Source: Eledone cirrhosa
Taxonomy: Eukaryota
Assembly (NCBI GenBank): GCA_964016885.1
Contig: OZ024749.1
Location: forward strand, 30,938,001-31,002,000
Reading direction: 5' to 3'
DNA length: 64,000 bases
The translations under genes and the position numbers were made by a program. Position 1 is the stretch's first letter; the number at the start of each line of letters is the position of its first letter. The notes under the pieces were generated by a model. The model was given only the letters and a program-made list of their open reading frames with translations, searched no databases and was not told the DNA's origin. This document shows, one piece after another, positions 48,360-62,019 of the stretch.

Positions 48360-48755
48360 AACGATGACAAACATTCAATAGGAAGAACAGGGGGCTATAG
48401 AACAGACTGTACACTTTCCAAGAGAGATGACTGCAGTTGCTTTCTAGAACTTTCGAACATGCTGTTATCATAATAATACATATTATATAAATGCAATAGT
48501 AGTGGGCTACGTGCAACTTCTGCATCTGCGAGGAAGTATTAAATGTCATTGAAAACCATTGTGAAAGACGAACGCAGACATGCATTTCCTGTGTACATAC
48601 ACACATACACACACAGACATACACACACACACACACACACGCACACGCACATATATACATAGATATATATAGCAATAATAAATAAAAACTGAAGATTAAA
48701 TCAGAAGATGCCGTTAAGGTTGAAATCAGCGATTCTTTGCTTAAACATTAATCTG

Positions 48756-48804
<49 letters not shown>

Positions 48805-49350
48805 GGAGGTGAGTTTTATTGTAGTACAATAAAGCAATGCAGATATCGGATAAGAAGCACTCTACAGTTTGTAGGACTGGAGTATACATAATGTATAAGA
48901 TCAAAAGATGGTTAAATGAATGGAACTCATTTAACCATAAAATACATGGAACTCATTTAACCATCTTTTGATCTTATATATATATATATATATATGTATA
49001 TACATACATTGACAGTCGATCGACATTCGTTAAATCGGACCGAGGAAACAATGTTTTCGTTTGTTTTTCCAATTGATATCTGTCGGCTGCAACTCCCGGT
49101 AGAAGCAGCAACGTGAAATAAAGTGTCTTGCTCAAGGACATAACGCATCGCCCGGTTCAGGAATCAAACTCACAATCTCACGTTTGCGAATCCAACTGTT
49201 TAACCACTCAGCCACACACACAAACACACAAACTCACATAAGATATAATTATATGTGCCTATATGTATTCGTTTATATATACATTTATATGTGTATATAT
49301 ATATTGGTATATATACACACACACAAATATATATATATATATATATATAT

Positions 49351-49539
49351 AACGAAGGAAATGTGGTAAGGAACCAGGTGGACCATAACGCACCAAAGTG
49401 TTCAATACTTAGGGTAGTAGAGTGGGTAATAGGAACGAGTAGGACCCCGACGGCTGAGCTCAAGCCGTTTCGACGGCTAATTCTGGACTGAATTAGCCGT
49501 CGAAACGGCTTCAAATCAGACGTCGGGGTCCTACTCGTT

Positions 49540-49543
<4 letters not shown>
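49351..49543 (-). mobile_element. Family A fold-back copy
   Basis: It has the same two termini as the other copies. Confidence 0.85.
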
Positions 49544-49628
<85 letters not shown>

Positions 49629-49891
49629 ATTTTAATTAAAATAACAGATTAAAGTTTAAGCAAAGAATCGCTGCTTTCACCCTTAACGGGATTTTCTGAA
49701 ACTAACAAAGTCAATCTGTGAACGCAGAAGTTAATATTTCAAAAAACGTTGCGACAGAAGGAAGACAGGAAGACGATACTTTGGTTCGTGGAAACGTTCC
49801 CTGGCAAAGAACGGGAAAAAACGAATATATATATACATATATATATACATATATATATAGAAGTGGTTACACAACAGTTAGTTCAGCATAC

Positions 49892-49928
49892 CGAGAAAAA
49901 TTGTTTCACCTTACGGATCCTCAGCTCG
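49892..49928 (-). ncRNA. Very small hammerhead-like fold
   Basis: Minus strand: cgag CTGAGGA tcc gtaa ggt GAAA caattt TT ctcg. Helix III has a mismatch. Confidence 0.5.
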
Positions 49929-51090
49929 TAATATATATATAGGTATATATAGGTATATATATGCATATTTATATATACCTATATATATATACACATATAT
50001 ATGTATATATATACGAATACATATAGGCACATATAATTATATCTTAATCTTAATGTATTATATATGTATAATCGAGTCGGAGAGTGCAAATGCAGTTTAC
50101 TTTACAACATTGACTCTGGAAAGAAACAATGCAGTTATTAACACGATTTCACAGTCCTACCATTATTCCTTCATAGTCAGCTTAACTTTTCAGACGACCC
50201 TCGTAATTGTATATAGAAATACACACACACACACGCATATATATATATACGTATATGTTTTTGTATTTATACATTGGGTCGCTAAGTATGAAATTTATAG
50301 AAAAAAATCAAATTTCTACAAATTTCCTATTTAACGACCTAATATGTGGGAATATGTGAGTGTGTGTCTGTGTATGTGTGTGTTTGTGTGAGTGTGTGTG
50401 TGTGTGCGTGTGCATGTACGTGTGTGTGTGTGGGTATGTGTGTGTGTCTGTTCTCGAGGTGTAACGACTGCACTACATGGCATTTTAACCTCATCTCTTA
50501 TTCTGACTTCCGAACTAAGTGTAAAATCTTCAATTGGTTTCGTATGGTTAGGCTAATTCCATTGATTTTCATGTCAAAAGAGTTATCGGTTGAATATATA
50601 TCCGACATTATCATTGACTATTTTCTTATATAGGACAAAATGCTATAGAATAAAAAATCCACAGAATAAAAATAAAAAAAAATATTCTTCACCTTTATGT
50701 TCTAATGCTGCCGAGAGTCATTTGATGTTCATCTTACAGGGATGGGTGAAACATGTATTAGCTGAAAATTCCCATTACTATAATCGATTATACCATTAAC
50801 TTTAATAAGTTTGTATGTTAGAAATCATTATTTTATTGACTGTGTAGTGATTAATCGATGAATCGATGCGATAATATAGAAAATGTGTAAAACGTTCTGA
50901 GGTTAAAGAGTTCGTTTCTCACCTATGCTGTACCGTACGTACTTCGAGCCACTGCATTTCATCTTCCACTTGTGTTGCCGACTATATCTAGAGTTGTACA
51001 ATGTTATTTCAGTGAAAAATAGTGGGGGGAGGGGGGGGGGGAGTCTCCGGCGGTCATATCTTGTATATATGACACTGCGGTCGGGATTTT

Positions 51091-51211
<121 letters not shown>

Positions 51212-51856
51212 GGAACGATCGACTTTCGTCAAATCGGACCGAGGTAACAATGTTTCCGTTGGTCTTTCCAATTGCTAATACTATCTATCGGTCGCAACTC
51301 CAGGCAGAAGGAGCAATGTGAAATAAAGTGCCTTGCTGGTCCAGGAATCGAACTCACAACCTTTCGATTGCGAATCCATTCTCTACCTGCGGTAGGAGAA
51401 AAAGGGAGAGGGGGTGGAGTAGACCCATTCATGCGTTGGTAGTGCCGGCTACAGCTGGGTGTGAGGTCAAAGAAATACTATACTTCTTTTATTCACTTAT
51501 TTGTTTATTTATTCATTTATGTATTTCTTTAGCCTAGCAATAGCGAGAGACTTATGTCTTAGTAACCAGACTTTGCTTATTTGTTTTCTCTCTCAGTACC
51601 TTTTATAGTTTTACCCTTTATTCTACTTACCGTTTCGACTTCCTCCCCCTCCCCCTCCCCAGTATCTTCTTTGACCTCACACCCAGCTGTAGCCGGCACT
51701 ACCAACGCATGAATGGGTCTACTCCACCCCCTCTCCCTTTTTCTCCTACCGGCAGTTTCAGCTACCCCTTCCCCCACCAATTTGCCATCACAGATTTACT
51801 ACTAACTTGTGATGTGACCAATCCTGGTGATTATCTCTTTGACCATATATGGAATT

Positions 51857-51950
51857 ACCCCTTGATAAGCTCGGCTATTTAAATACCAGAATAAATTTTC
51901 ATTCAGTCCAGGATTAGCCGTCGAAACGGCTTGAGCTCAGCCGTCGGGGT
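51857..51950 (+). ncRNA. Hammerhead in the PLE family A pLTR, U3-A8 core variant; further full copies at 54633-54724 and 45819-45913
   Basis: acccc TTGATAA gct cggcta...tagccg tc GAAA cggct TGAGCTC agccg TC ggggt. Loop 3 contains the palindrome TGAGCTCA. Confidence 0.8.
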
Positions 51951-52134
51951 CTTACTTGTTCCTATTACCCACTCTACTACCCTAAGTATTGAGTACGTTG
52001 GTGCGTTATGGTCCACCTGGTTCATTACCACATTTCCTTCGTTATCTAGCTCCTATCCCCGTAGTAGAGCACTTTCCGACTTTACCACGCCGTATCCAGA
52101 CTTTTCCGCTAAGCTCAATTTTTTCACCCGCACC

Positions 52135-53870
52135 ATGCGAAAACACAACATCGACTTCTCTACCAAGAACATCCCAATCCCACCGAAAAAACTTTACCTT
52201 CGGATGCTCACGCAAAAAATCGATCTATTTGCGAAAAGACTTAGATGGAGAACTTTTTTCTACGACAGATTTTGCGACAATCAGGACTTCGGTACCAAGG
52301 AGAGATTCGGATTTATTACCTACATATCTCCCCCCCCCCTCCCACACCCGAACCCTTTGCTCTCACCCTTCGAGAATGACCTCTTCCAACTGGTCAAGAA
52401 CCTTAAATTCAAACCCAGACACAACCGATTCCTACAAAAACTCCGTAGCAACTTAACAGAGTATGATAACACCAATGACATCATGGTGCATTCGGATAAA
52501 ACTGGGAACCTATATTTTGTCAACCCCGACAGATACCACACACTGATCAGGAGCAGCCTAAACTCCACCTATAAAAAGGCTAACCACTCATGCATCGAGG
52601 ACATTAATCGAGATGGACAACAAATAACCTCCAGCCTCGGGGTCGCCGACCGCACCGAACCCCTAGACCCACGGACACCCTACTTCACACTGAAGGACCA
52701 CAAATCCGATTTCGACCGTAAACCATCTATCAGGCTTATAAACCCAACGAAGTCCGACATAGGGAGAATCAGCAAAAAAAACCTAGACCGCGTGATACCA
52801 AAAGTCAAGCAACACGCCCGACTTAGCCTATGGATCAACACCCAGGAAGTTATCTCATGGTTCAGCAATATGGAGGATAAACGAGACACTAAATTTATCC
52901 AGTTCGATATAGAGAGCTACTATGCTTCTATCACCTTACCGCTACTTACTGCCGCCTTGGACTTCGCCGAAGCACTCGTGCCTATCACCGACCAGGAAAG
53001 AAAAATCATCCTCCACGCCAGGAAGACAGTCTTACTCTTTGACAACTCCAAATGGATAAAAAGAGCTCCCGACTCACCCTTCGACGTCAGCATGGGCGCG
53101 ACGGATTCGGCGGAGGTCACAGATATTATAGGATTATTCCTTATAGCCAAACTCACCGATATGTTTCCTGATTTCGGTGGTGGATTGTACCGTGATGATG
53201 GGCTCCTTACCCTTAAAGGGTACAACCCCAGTAGTACAGATCGGGTCCGTAAACAATTAATCAGCTTCTTCCGCGACTGGGGATTTAAAATAACCCTACA
53301 AACGTCCCTGACCCGAGTTAATTTCCTGGACGTTACCCTCGATCTCAATAATGACCTGTACTACCCATACAGGAAACCCAATGACAACCTGCACTACATC
53401 CACCGATGATCTAACCATCCTGGAACATCACCAACAACCTGGTCAAAAACATCTCCCTCCGCATATCCCGTTTGTCAGCCAATGAGAAGATATTCGATGA
53501 ACATGCGCCTTACTACAACCAGGCCCTCAAGCGGAGTGGCTTCCGGGAGGAAATATCCTACTGTCCAGCTCCCATTAGCGGAACCAGCAGGCGACACCGC
53601 CGCTCACGCAATGTAACATGGTTCGATCCTCCCCACAACGCCGAGGTGACAACCCCCATCGGGAAAATTTTCTTTAGGCTCATTGAAAAACACTTCCCAC
53701 CACAACACCGCTACCACAACATAATTAACAAAAATACCATCAAACTCTCTTACAGCACTACACCCAACTTCGCACAAAACATCGTCTCCTCCAACAACAA
53801 AAAACTCAACCCCAATGGAAGAAACAACCTAAATAGCAGTGGAGAGCCGACCAGGGGGTGCAACTGTCCT
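52135..53870 (+). pseudogene. Penelope-like reverse transcriptase, disrupted (YRDDG-type, probably Nematis-like clade)
   Basis: ATG at 52135 (MRKHNIDFSTKNIPIP). RT motifs include HSDKTGNLY, TLKDHK, RLINPTKSDIG, FIQFDIESYYASI, VSMGATDSAE, LYRDDGL and VNFLDVTLDL. An in-frame TGA at 53407-53409 (YIHR*SNHP) and a 1-nt frameshift near 53422 are followed by the thumb/linker NITNNLVKNISLRISRLSANEKIF...KLSYSTTPN...GCNC. Homology stops at ~53870, before any GIY-YIG. The clade name is from memory of motifs and is less certain than the PLE call. Confidence 0.9.
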
Positions 53871-54868
53871 GATAGATCCTGTATTAAATTTCCGTTCTTT
53901 ACTTTCACTTCGTACGATCTTTCATGTAGCTTGTATAAGACTTTTTGTTTCGTGGCGGTACCCTTAGAGTTAGCACGAGTATTTTTTTGCGGGACCCTGA
54001 ATTATATTCTCGTACTAGTTTACTTTCTTGCTCTGGGTGGTTGCTGGCCCTGTGATTGGGGTAGAAACCTTTATTATTTCGTGGTAGTCTCTTTAGTATT
54101 TTGCCCCCCCCCCCCCCCTCCCCTGTTGACCCGTCACCGTACGATACGCGCACTTATACCTCGTATAAGGGTCCCTTTATTTCCGTCCCACCTAGTTTAT
54201 TTTTATTTGTTTTTATTCTTCATTATATATTTTCTTTTTTTTAAATTCATTTATCTATTCTTTTATTCACTTATTTGTTTATTTATTTATTTATGTATTT
54301 CTTTAGCCGAGCAATAGCGAGAGACTTATGTCTTAGTAACCAGACTTTGCTTATTTTTTTTCTCTCTCAGTACCTTTTATAGTTTTACCCTTTATTCTAC
54401 TTACCGTTTCGACTTCCTCCCCCTCCCCCTCCCCAGTATCTTCTTTGACCTCACACCCAGCTGTAGCCGGCACTACCAACGCATGAATGGGTCTACTCCA
54501 CCCCCTCCCCCGTTTTCTCTTACCGGCAGGTTCAGCTACCCCTTCCCCCACCAATTTGCCATCACAGATTTACTACTAACTTGTTATGTGACCAATCCTG
54601 GTGATTATCTCTTTGACCATATATGGAATTACCCCCTTGATAAGCTCGGCTATTTAAATACCAGAATAAATTTTCATTCAGTCCAGAATTAGCCGTCGAA
54701 ACGGCTTGAGCTCAGCCGTCGGGGTCTTACTTGTTCCAATTACCCACTCTACTACCCTAAGTATTGAGTACTTTGGTGCGTTATGGTCCACCTGGTTCCT
54801 TACCACATTTCCTTCGTTATATATATATATATATATATATAATTATTATTACTATATATATATATATA

Positions 54869-55175
54869 TTTAGTTAGGAAGTGAACAACACAAAATATAA
54901 CTACTCCATTACCAAAGGTTTCTGGATCCCAGACAATATTAATGTACGTCTGGATCGGTCATCAGACAGAAATGTTATGGATAATAAATATATTTTATCC
55001 ATAACATCTCTTCCTGATGACCGATCCAGACGTATATTAATATTTTCTGGGATCCAGAAACCTTTTGTAATGGAGTAGTTATATTTTGTGTTGTTCACTT
55101 CCTAACTAAATAGCTCTGTTCTATACATAGAACACTCTTTTTTCCTTTGCTTTTCATTCGGAATTACCTAACACA
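54869..55175. mobile_element. Hairpin HHR element
   Basis: 54869-54990 is the reverse complement of 54991-55111, followed by a tail at 55112-55172. Confidence 0.8.
55007..55075 (+). ncRNA. Hammerhead-like fold in a hairpin element; inverted copy at ~54904-54972
   Basis: CTGATGA cc gatccaga...tctgggatc ca GAAA ccttttg TA atggag. The inverted arm has cc-ttt-gg as helix III. Confidence 0.6.
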
Positions 55176-55199
55176 CAGACATACACACACATATGTATA

Positions 55200-55260
<61 letters not shown>

Positions 55261-55262
<2 letters not shown>

Positions 55263-55439
55263 CGAAGGAATTGTGGTAAGGAACCAGATGGACCATAACG
55301 CACCAAAGTACTCAATACTTAGGGTAGTAGAGTGGGTAATAGGAACAAGTATGACCCTGACGGCAGAGCTCAAGCCGTTTCGACGGTTATTTCTGGACTA
55401 TTTAGTCCAGAAATAGCCGTCGAACGATACTTGTTCCTA
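55261..55439 (-). mobile_element. Family A fold-back copy
   Basis: It has the same two termini, with a small deletion in the inverted arm. Confidence 0.85.
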
Positions 55440-55458
55440 TATATATATATATATATAC

Positions 55459-55949
55459 GTTAACCTTGGTCTTCCTCTTCTAGTGTGTCCATGTAGGGGC
55501 TCCCACAGGGGCACTGAGTGCAATGTCAACTCTGGATGTCGGTGAGCATGTCCAGCTAACCTCAGTCTCCTTTGTGTCACTTTAGCTGACTTTTGGGAGG
55601 CTCCCATACAGCTCTGAGTTTTTCATCCTCAGTGTATACTGATTAATGTTCAGAGCCATCCTCAGCATTCTCGTGTAGCACCCATCCACCATCTTAGTGA
55701 GTTTCTTGGTCAGTGTCCAAATCTCAGACCTATGCAGCACCACAGACTCCACTACAGCAATGAAGAGGCGGATTTTCAGGTCTTTACGAAGGTCCGACTT
55801 CCACACCGATCTCAAGCTGTGGCACGCCGCCCAGGCTTTGCTCTTCCTCTCAACCACATCATCTGTTGGAGACGCAGGACATGGCAGCGATAATGAGGGA
55901 CAGAGTCCGCTGGAGAGAACTCGTCCATGGATCTCGGGAATTTTACCCG

Positions 55950-55952
<3 letters not shown>
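55459..55952. mobile_element. RTE-type LINE 3' fragment with 5' inversion; short 3'-end copy at 35394-35467
   Basis: Minus 55459-55860 encodes KAWAAC..L..VWKS.L...LKIRLF.A.VESV.L...E.WTLTK.L....DGCYTRMLRMALN...RRLRLAGH..RH...WEP.HG...RGRP. Plus 55865-55952 encodes the C-terminus MRDRVRWRELV. Confidence 0.8.
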
Positions 55953-56011
<59 letters not shown>

Positions 56012-56151
56012 ATAGTAAGGTATTGTTTAAGGTAATTAAGGTCGAGCGACGTTACTTCTAATGATCAACGAATTTTAGACTCATCTGACTAAAGAAACAA
56101 CTGTTAATACTGTAATTGTACAGTCGATCATGTTATTCTTCATTCTTTTGC

Positions 56152-56188
<37 letters not shown>

Positions 56189-56240
56189 ATATATATATAT
56201 ATGTGTGTGTGTGTATGTGCGTATATATATATATTCCTAA

Positions 56241-56449
56241 TGATCGACTTTCGTCAAATCGGACCGAAGAAACAGTGTTTCCATTGGTCTTTACAATTGC
56301 TAATACTATCTTTCGGTCGCAACTCCAGGTAGAAGGAGCAACGTGAAATAAAGTGTCTTGCTCAAGGACATAAGGCATCGCCCTGTCCAGGAATCGAACT
56401 CACAATCTCACGATTGCGAATCCAGTTCTCTAACCACCCAGCCACACGC
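56241..56449 (-). mobile_element. Second tRNA-derived SINE family with a CORE-like segment; copies at 49018-49215 and 51216-51381
   Basis: Minus strand: GTGTGGCTGGGTGGTTAG (A box), GAGTTCGATTCC (B box), then GTCCTTGAGCAAGACACTTT. Confidence 0.7.
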
Positions 56450-56499
56450 CATATATATATCTATGTCCCCTCTATCTCTCTCTCTTTCTCTCTTTCTCT

Positions 56500-57440
56500 C
56501 TCTGGAGTGTTAGCTGGTCACTAACAGTGAACTGAGGTAACACTCCTTACTTTTCGAGTACCCTTCGGAGTATTTGAGATCTTCCAAGCAATGCTGTTTT
56601 TCATAAGTGTTCCATTCGTATTGCAATCCCTATTTGTTTAAGATCTTTACTCACTGTTACAAAGACTCCAACTATTATTGGTATTACCTTACGGGGTCGA
56701 TAAAATAAAGTTCCAGTAATGCACTGGGTATTTGCTAGCCTTGTGCCAATAGTAGAAACAATTATTGGTATTACCACCACCATTTTCAGTGTCAACAACT
56801 GATTAACATCCGAAGCTCACTTATCATATCTATCAATTTTTTTTCTTTTGTTATCGCACACTCCGTTATCAGTTGGAGAGCTTTCTTTCTCAATTAATAT
56901 AATATCTGGTATCCTATGTTCAATATCATGGTTACACTGTATCACAAATTCCCACAGGATCTTCACATCATTTTCGATAACGTTGTTATGACGTCTCTCA
57001 TATACTTTCTGAGCTAGTGGTGTATATTGACTGGTAATAACTCACACACATTCTCCATCCATGCCGCAAATTCTACACTTATCACTTTCTGATCTATGGT
57101 CTCACTTTATGCCTGATGTAGTTAGTTGCTTGTTCTAGAACAGCACATATTAAGGCTACTGTTTCCGGTTGTACATCATTTTCAGCCACCCATAACCACT
57201 ATTTTTATATGTCTGTTCTATCTTCAACATCTCTATAGAAATGTGCATACATTCTTTTTTCTGTCTACTTTTATTTACATACATCTTCAAATACTTGTAC
57301 TGTGCTTTTTTATTTGCAATCTTCTACTATGCACATCCCTGACCTTAATCCAGCAACAGCGCTTCTGTGGAGTATTCCATGCGCGACGCCGTGTTATTTA
57401 TTTCTGTTCTTAAGCTGTCTTCGCAAACCATTAGTCCTCT
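56500..57440 (-). pseudogene. Degenerate non-LTR retrotransposon 3' end with restriction-like endonuclease (R4/Dong-like)
   Basis: Minus-strand fragments NDVKILWEFVIQCNHDIEHRIPDIILIEK, VVVIPIIVG and KTALLGRSQILRRVL, with many disruptions. Confidence 0.7.
56689..56760 (+). mobile_element. 5'-truncated SINE inserted in the R4-like LINE, 15-bp TSD
   Basis: TSD ATTATTGGTATTACC at 56674-56688 and 56761-56775. Confidence 0.8.
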
Positions 57441-57486
57441 TCTTATAATTATTAAGAGTGTGAGATTCGAACCATGTAACGTCATA

Positions 57487-57899
57487 GCGGTGAATTGGCA
57501 GTATCGGTAGAGGGTTGGACGCCATGTTTTCTAGCATAGTTACGTCCCTTTACGGTCTGAGTTCAAATCCCGCCGAGGTTAACTTTGCCTTTCATCCTTA
57601 CGGGGTCAATAAAATAAAGTACCAGTAATGTACTGGGTAATTGCTGGCCTTGTGCCTAAAGTAGAAACAATTATTTGTCAATAGTAGAAACAATTATAAT
57701 TAAGGGCGATGGATTGGCAGTATCGGTAGAGAGTCGGACGACATGCTTTGCAGCAAAGAGTTACGGCCCTTTATGGTCTGAGTTCAAATCCCGCCGAGGT
57801 TAACTTTGCCTTTCATCCTTACGTGGTCAATAAAATAAAGCACCAGGATAAAGCACTGGGATAATTGCTGACCTTGTGCCAAAAGTAGAAACAATTATT
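57487..57899 (+). mobile_element. Two tandem SINE copies
   Basis: Consensus matches at 57487-57675 and 57703-57899. Confidence 0.8.
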
Positions 57900-58848
57900 A
57901 TAACTCTTATTTAAAGTAGAAACAATTATTATAATTATTAGTAGTAGTAATAGTACAGTTCTGTTGCACTTAATGTTATAAGCTAATATTTATTCAATCA
58001 ATCTTTTCTTTTATCCAAATTTCAGATTCCATTGTATACATTTATTAATATACCTCCATTTTAATTTTTATGGTTTGACATCGTGTAAATATTTTGGAAA
58101 CATGCCACTAATTTTTCATTCTTTCTTTACTTTTAACTTTCTTTCATTCTTTCTCTCTTAAATTCTTTATTTCTTACATTCGTTATTTCAATCTTATTTT
58201 CATTCTGTCTTGCTTATACCATTCCTCCATTCCTCATTGTCTGTCTTACTCTCATTCATAACCTTTCATATTTCATGTTCTCGTCTATTATTCTCATTTC
58301 ATGGAATATCATTTTTACTGTACAACACTGTTTTCAATTGTTAAATAATTTTCTATTTTCTATACCATATTCTTATCAGGCTTAATCAACAATAAGCAAA
58401 AGTAAGTGAAATCAGATTAGTATTTCAATTTGCATTTTAGTTTATATTTTAGAGATAAATCTTTAAACACTTTCAGATTGATTTGCTTCAGTTTTTTTTT
58501 TGTTTTAATAATTGTTACTTCCATATTCATTTCCTTGGTTTTAAAGTGAAAATCAAGATGGCGGAGTTAGACTGTTTTAAATGAAAATAGATAATAATTT
58601 ATGAATCATTTTAATATTTCATATATTTAGAAAGGTTAAGAGACCATAAAAGAATGAAGAGAGTTAGAAAGGCTGAAAGAAATACGGAGAGGTGGAATTG
58701 AATTTTAAGGAATAGATATTGCATTTCGTCTTTTTTAACTATGTCTCTTCCACTTTCTGTCTTTCTGACCTCATCTCTCTCTCTACCTAACTCACATACA
58801 AACACACAAACAGACACATGCACACAAATACACACACACACACACACT

Positions 58849-58934
<86 letters not shown>

Positions 58935-59023
58935 CACACACGCAAATAAAAACATACGCATACACAAATACATACACAAACACACACACACATATACATA
59001 TATACACACACATATACGTATAC

Positions 59024-59106
<83 letters not shown>

Positions 59107-59241
59107 TACACACACACATACATACATAGCTATACAATTATACACATACAAATACGTACATATCACAAACACGCACAACTAAATACAAACACAGACACAT
59201 TTGTGTATGCGTATGTATGTGTTTATGTATTTGTATATATA

Positions 59242-59299
<58 letters not shown>

Positions 59300-61476
59300 T
59301 ATATATACACGTATATATATAAATGTAGTCATATACGTGTATAGATTTATATATATGCATACATTAATATCTTTTATCACTCTGTTTGACTCGACTTCAC
59401 TTCTGCCCCCCTTCCCCTTTCAGATACAAGTGCTGTACATACATTCATACATACATACTTATTTATATCTCTCTATCTTATTTTTATATTTTGTTATTGC
59501 CTCCTCCTTATTTAGAACGCCTTGTTTTGTAAACTCCTCCCATTGTACTTGTCCCACTTTTGATGCCCTGGTGGCAAATAAAAGAAACATATATATATAT
59601 ATATATATAAAGAGAGAGAGAGAGAGAGAGTGAGAAAGAGACACGTATGTATATATGTCACCCTCCTCACTAAGGTTTCTTGGTGAGGAGGGTAACTTTG
59701 GACATCCTGCAGGACTAAAAACAAAACCTGTCAAAGGGCGAAGGAGCTCTTAACAGCCAATGGCCATCCAAAATCACCGGGAGAGATGACCCCTTAGCCT
59801 TTGTCAAGGCAGAATTCTAGGAGAAGGAAAACTCTAATATAACACATGCAACCCTGATGGTAGCCAATGAAGTTGACTTGTTCTTTTTGGTAAATATCAT
59901 CTTGGTTAAGAGAGTGGGACTGGCTTTGTGCAGAACCTTTGCTTACTATAAAAGCTTCAGGGCACAGGCATTGCTTTATATCTGGAGATCTCTCTGCACT
60001 TGTCATCACATGGTACCATGGGCCCAGCACTATGTGTCAATAATTGTCACAAGAGTAGTGTTTGTACCAGAGTGTTCAAGTCGCTGGCTGGACTAAAAAG
60101 TCACACTTGTTCAGCGTATCGGTAGGGGTTCTCCTACATGGATATAAAGTAGTGGTCGTACTCGAAAACGAGTTGGCAGCCACCATATATTATACATACA
60201 TATATATGTGCCGTATATATAGACGTCGAATAGAATGTTGTCCCTCTACGTTCAACTTTGTCATTCGTGTTTCAAGGTCAGGATATATAGCAATGGTTCA
60301 ATATTGAAGTTGTTACTTCTTCCTCTGACTCAGTTCGTCATCTCTATTATTTCTTTTTACGCTTGAAGGAGTTTGGCTGCCTTTAGACCCAGAATTTCAT
60401 AGACATTGTTACATGGAAAAGATATATATTATTTTGAGACGACGTTGCCTTTACTAAATTATCTGGAAAGAGACTAACTGATCTCTAGTAATTCTGTTGT
60501 AGAGTGTGTGAGCCGGTCATTTACGTTCAATTTAAAAGCCACCGAGGTTAGCTTTAGCTTTCATCCTTAATTTATAGAGATATTAAATTACCAGAAAGAG
60601 ACTGGGGTTGATTAAATCAACTTTCCCCTCCCGCTATAACTAGTTGTTGTCCTTGTGTCTTAATCAGAAACCATAATTATGCTTGTTAATCTTATTATTA
60701 TTGTTGTTTTTATCATAATTAAATTCTTTGCTTATACTTGTTATGCTTGTGTTTTTCAATTAATCAAATTTTTCTACAAATTAATGCACCGTGTCAACTC
60801 CGCAAAGATTTTTTTAAAATAACCTTTACTTTTAAATTATCACTTCTTTCCTACCAACAACCATTTCGAATCCATCTTAATCTAAAACAGAATGACAAAC
60901 AAAGGAAGCCAAAAAACAAACACATAATACACACATGAATATACACACAAAGAAGAGGAAAATTGAATTGAAATATTCCTTTCTCTCTCGAGACTTCTAT
61001 TATCCGAAGCTTTATTAATTTTATTAATCTTCAGCTTTGTTTCTCATACAAAAGGTCTGTAAAATGTGTGACTTTAATTTAACTCTTTTGTTGCTGTATA
61101 ATTTCTACACAGCAGCGTGTGTTGATAGAGAAAAAAGAATTGAATATTTTTCTGTTGGTGCTATGGTTATATACCTCATATATACATACAGATATATACA
61201 TATACATACATAAATATATATGAACACACAAACAAACACACATGCCATAAATACACATATACTCATACACAAACAGAGATATCGTGAATTTTCCTGTTAT
61301 CTTTATACACACACAAGTACCCGCATACACACACATACACACATATTTATATGTATATATATGCACACAAAAATACACACACATACGCACACATATAACA
61401 CACATACACAAACATGCATATATATATATATATATATATATAAACACACTTACACACATACGCTTACACAAACATG

Positions 61477-61512
<36 letters not shown>

Positions 61513-61922
61513 AATATATATATACACAGCCAGACAATCTCGCTCAAACTCATACACACAAACACAGAAACGGCACACAGATACGGACTACCTGTCTGTT
61601 GATAGTTTATAGCGTTAATAAACGACAGATAACAGTTAATTGTTGATTAGGTATGTAGGTAAGAGCATATTATATGACAAGTATAATAATCATATATTCA
61701 ATATTCTCAGATTTTCTTATTCTTTTATCCTGTTACTGGACGTAAGCAGCAGCACATATAAGCAGAGAAGGAGACTTGTATATATATATATATATATATA
61801 TAAATACAATATCGGAGAAAGCTTTTTAGCGATACTCCGGCCAGTACTTAGTACTACCCTCCATATTTATAGTTGTATTAAACATATATAAATATAAATA
61901 TTCTTATTACTATATATATATT

Positions 61923-62012
<90 letters not shown>

Positions 62013-62019
62013 TATATAT

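Larger units (their letters stand above)
51382..54819 (+). mobile_element. Penelope-like retroelement (family A master-like copy): short inverted 5' piece, truncated pLTR, RT ORF, internal deletion of the endonuclease, full 3' UTR/pLTR and tail ending in (TA)n
   Basis: 51481-52043 is repeated directly at ~54255-54819. 51382-51480 is an inverted copy of pLTR sequence (~51660-51755). The RT ORF lies between the repeats, each pLTR holds an HHR fold, and the 3' end is CCTTCGTTA followed by (TA)n. Confidence 0.9.

Noticed and set aside
51931-52134. N-terminal extension of the 492-aa ORF ([19 protein letters not shown]...)
   Set aside because: It starts at TTG inside the ribozyme/pLTR, and the same peptide appears in non-coding family A copies. 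The likely start is ATG 52135.
53871-54317. C-terminal half of the 281-aa ORF
   Set aside because: It is read-through into the 3' UTR/pLTR, with low complexity and no GIY-YIG motifs.
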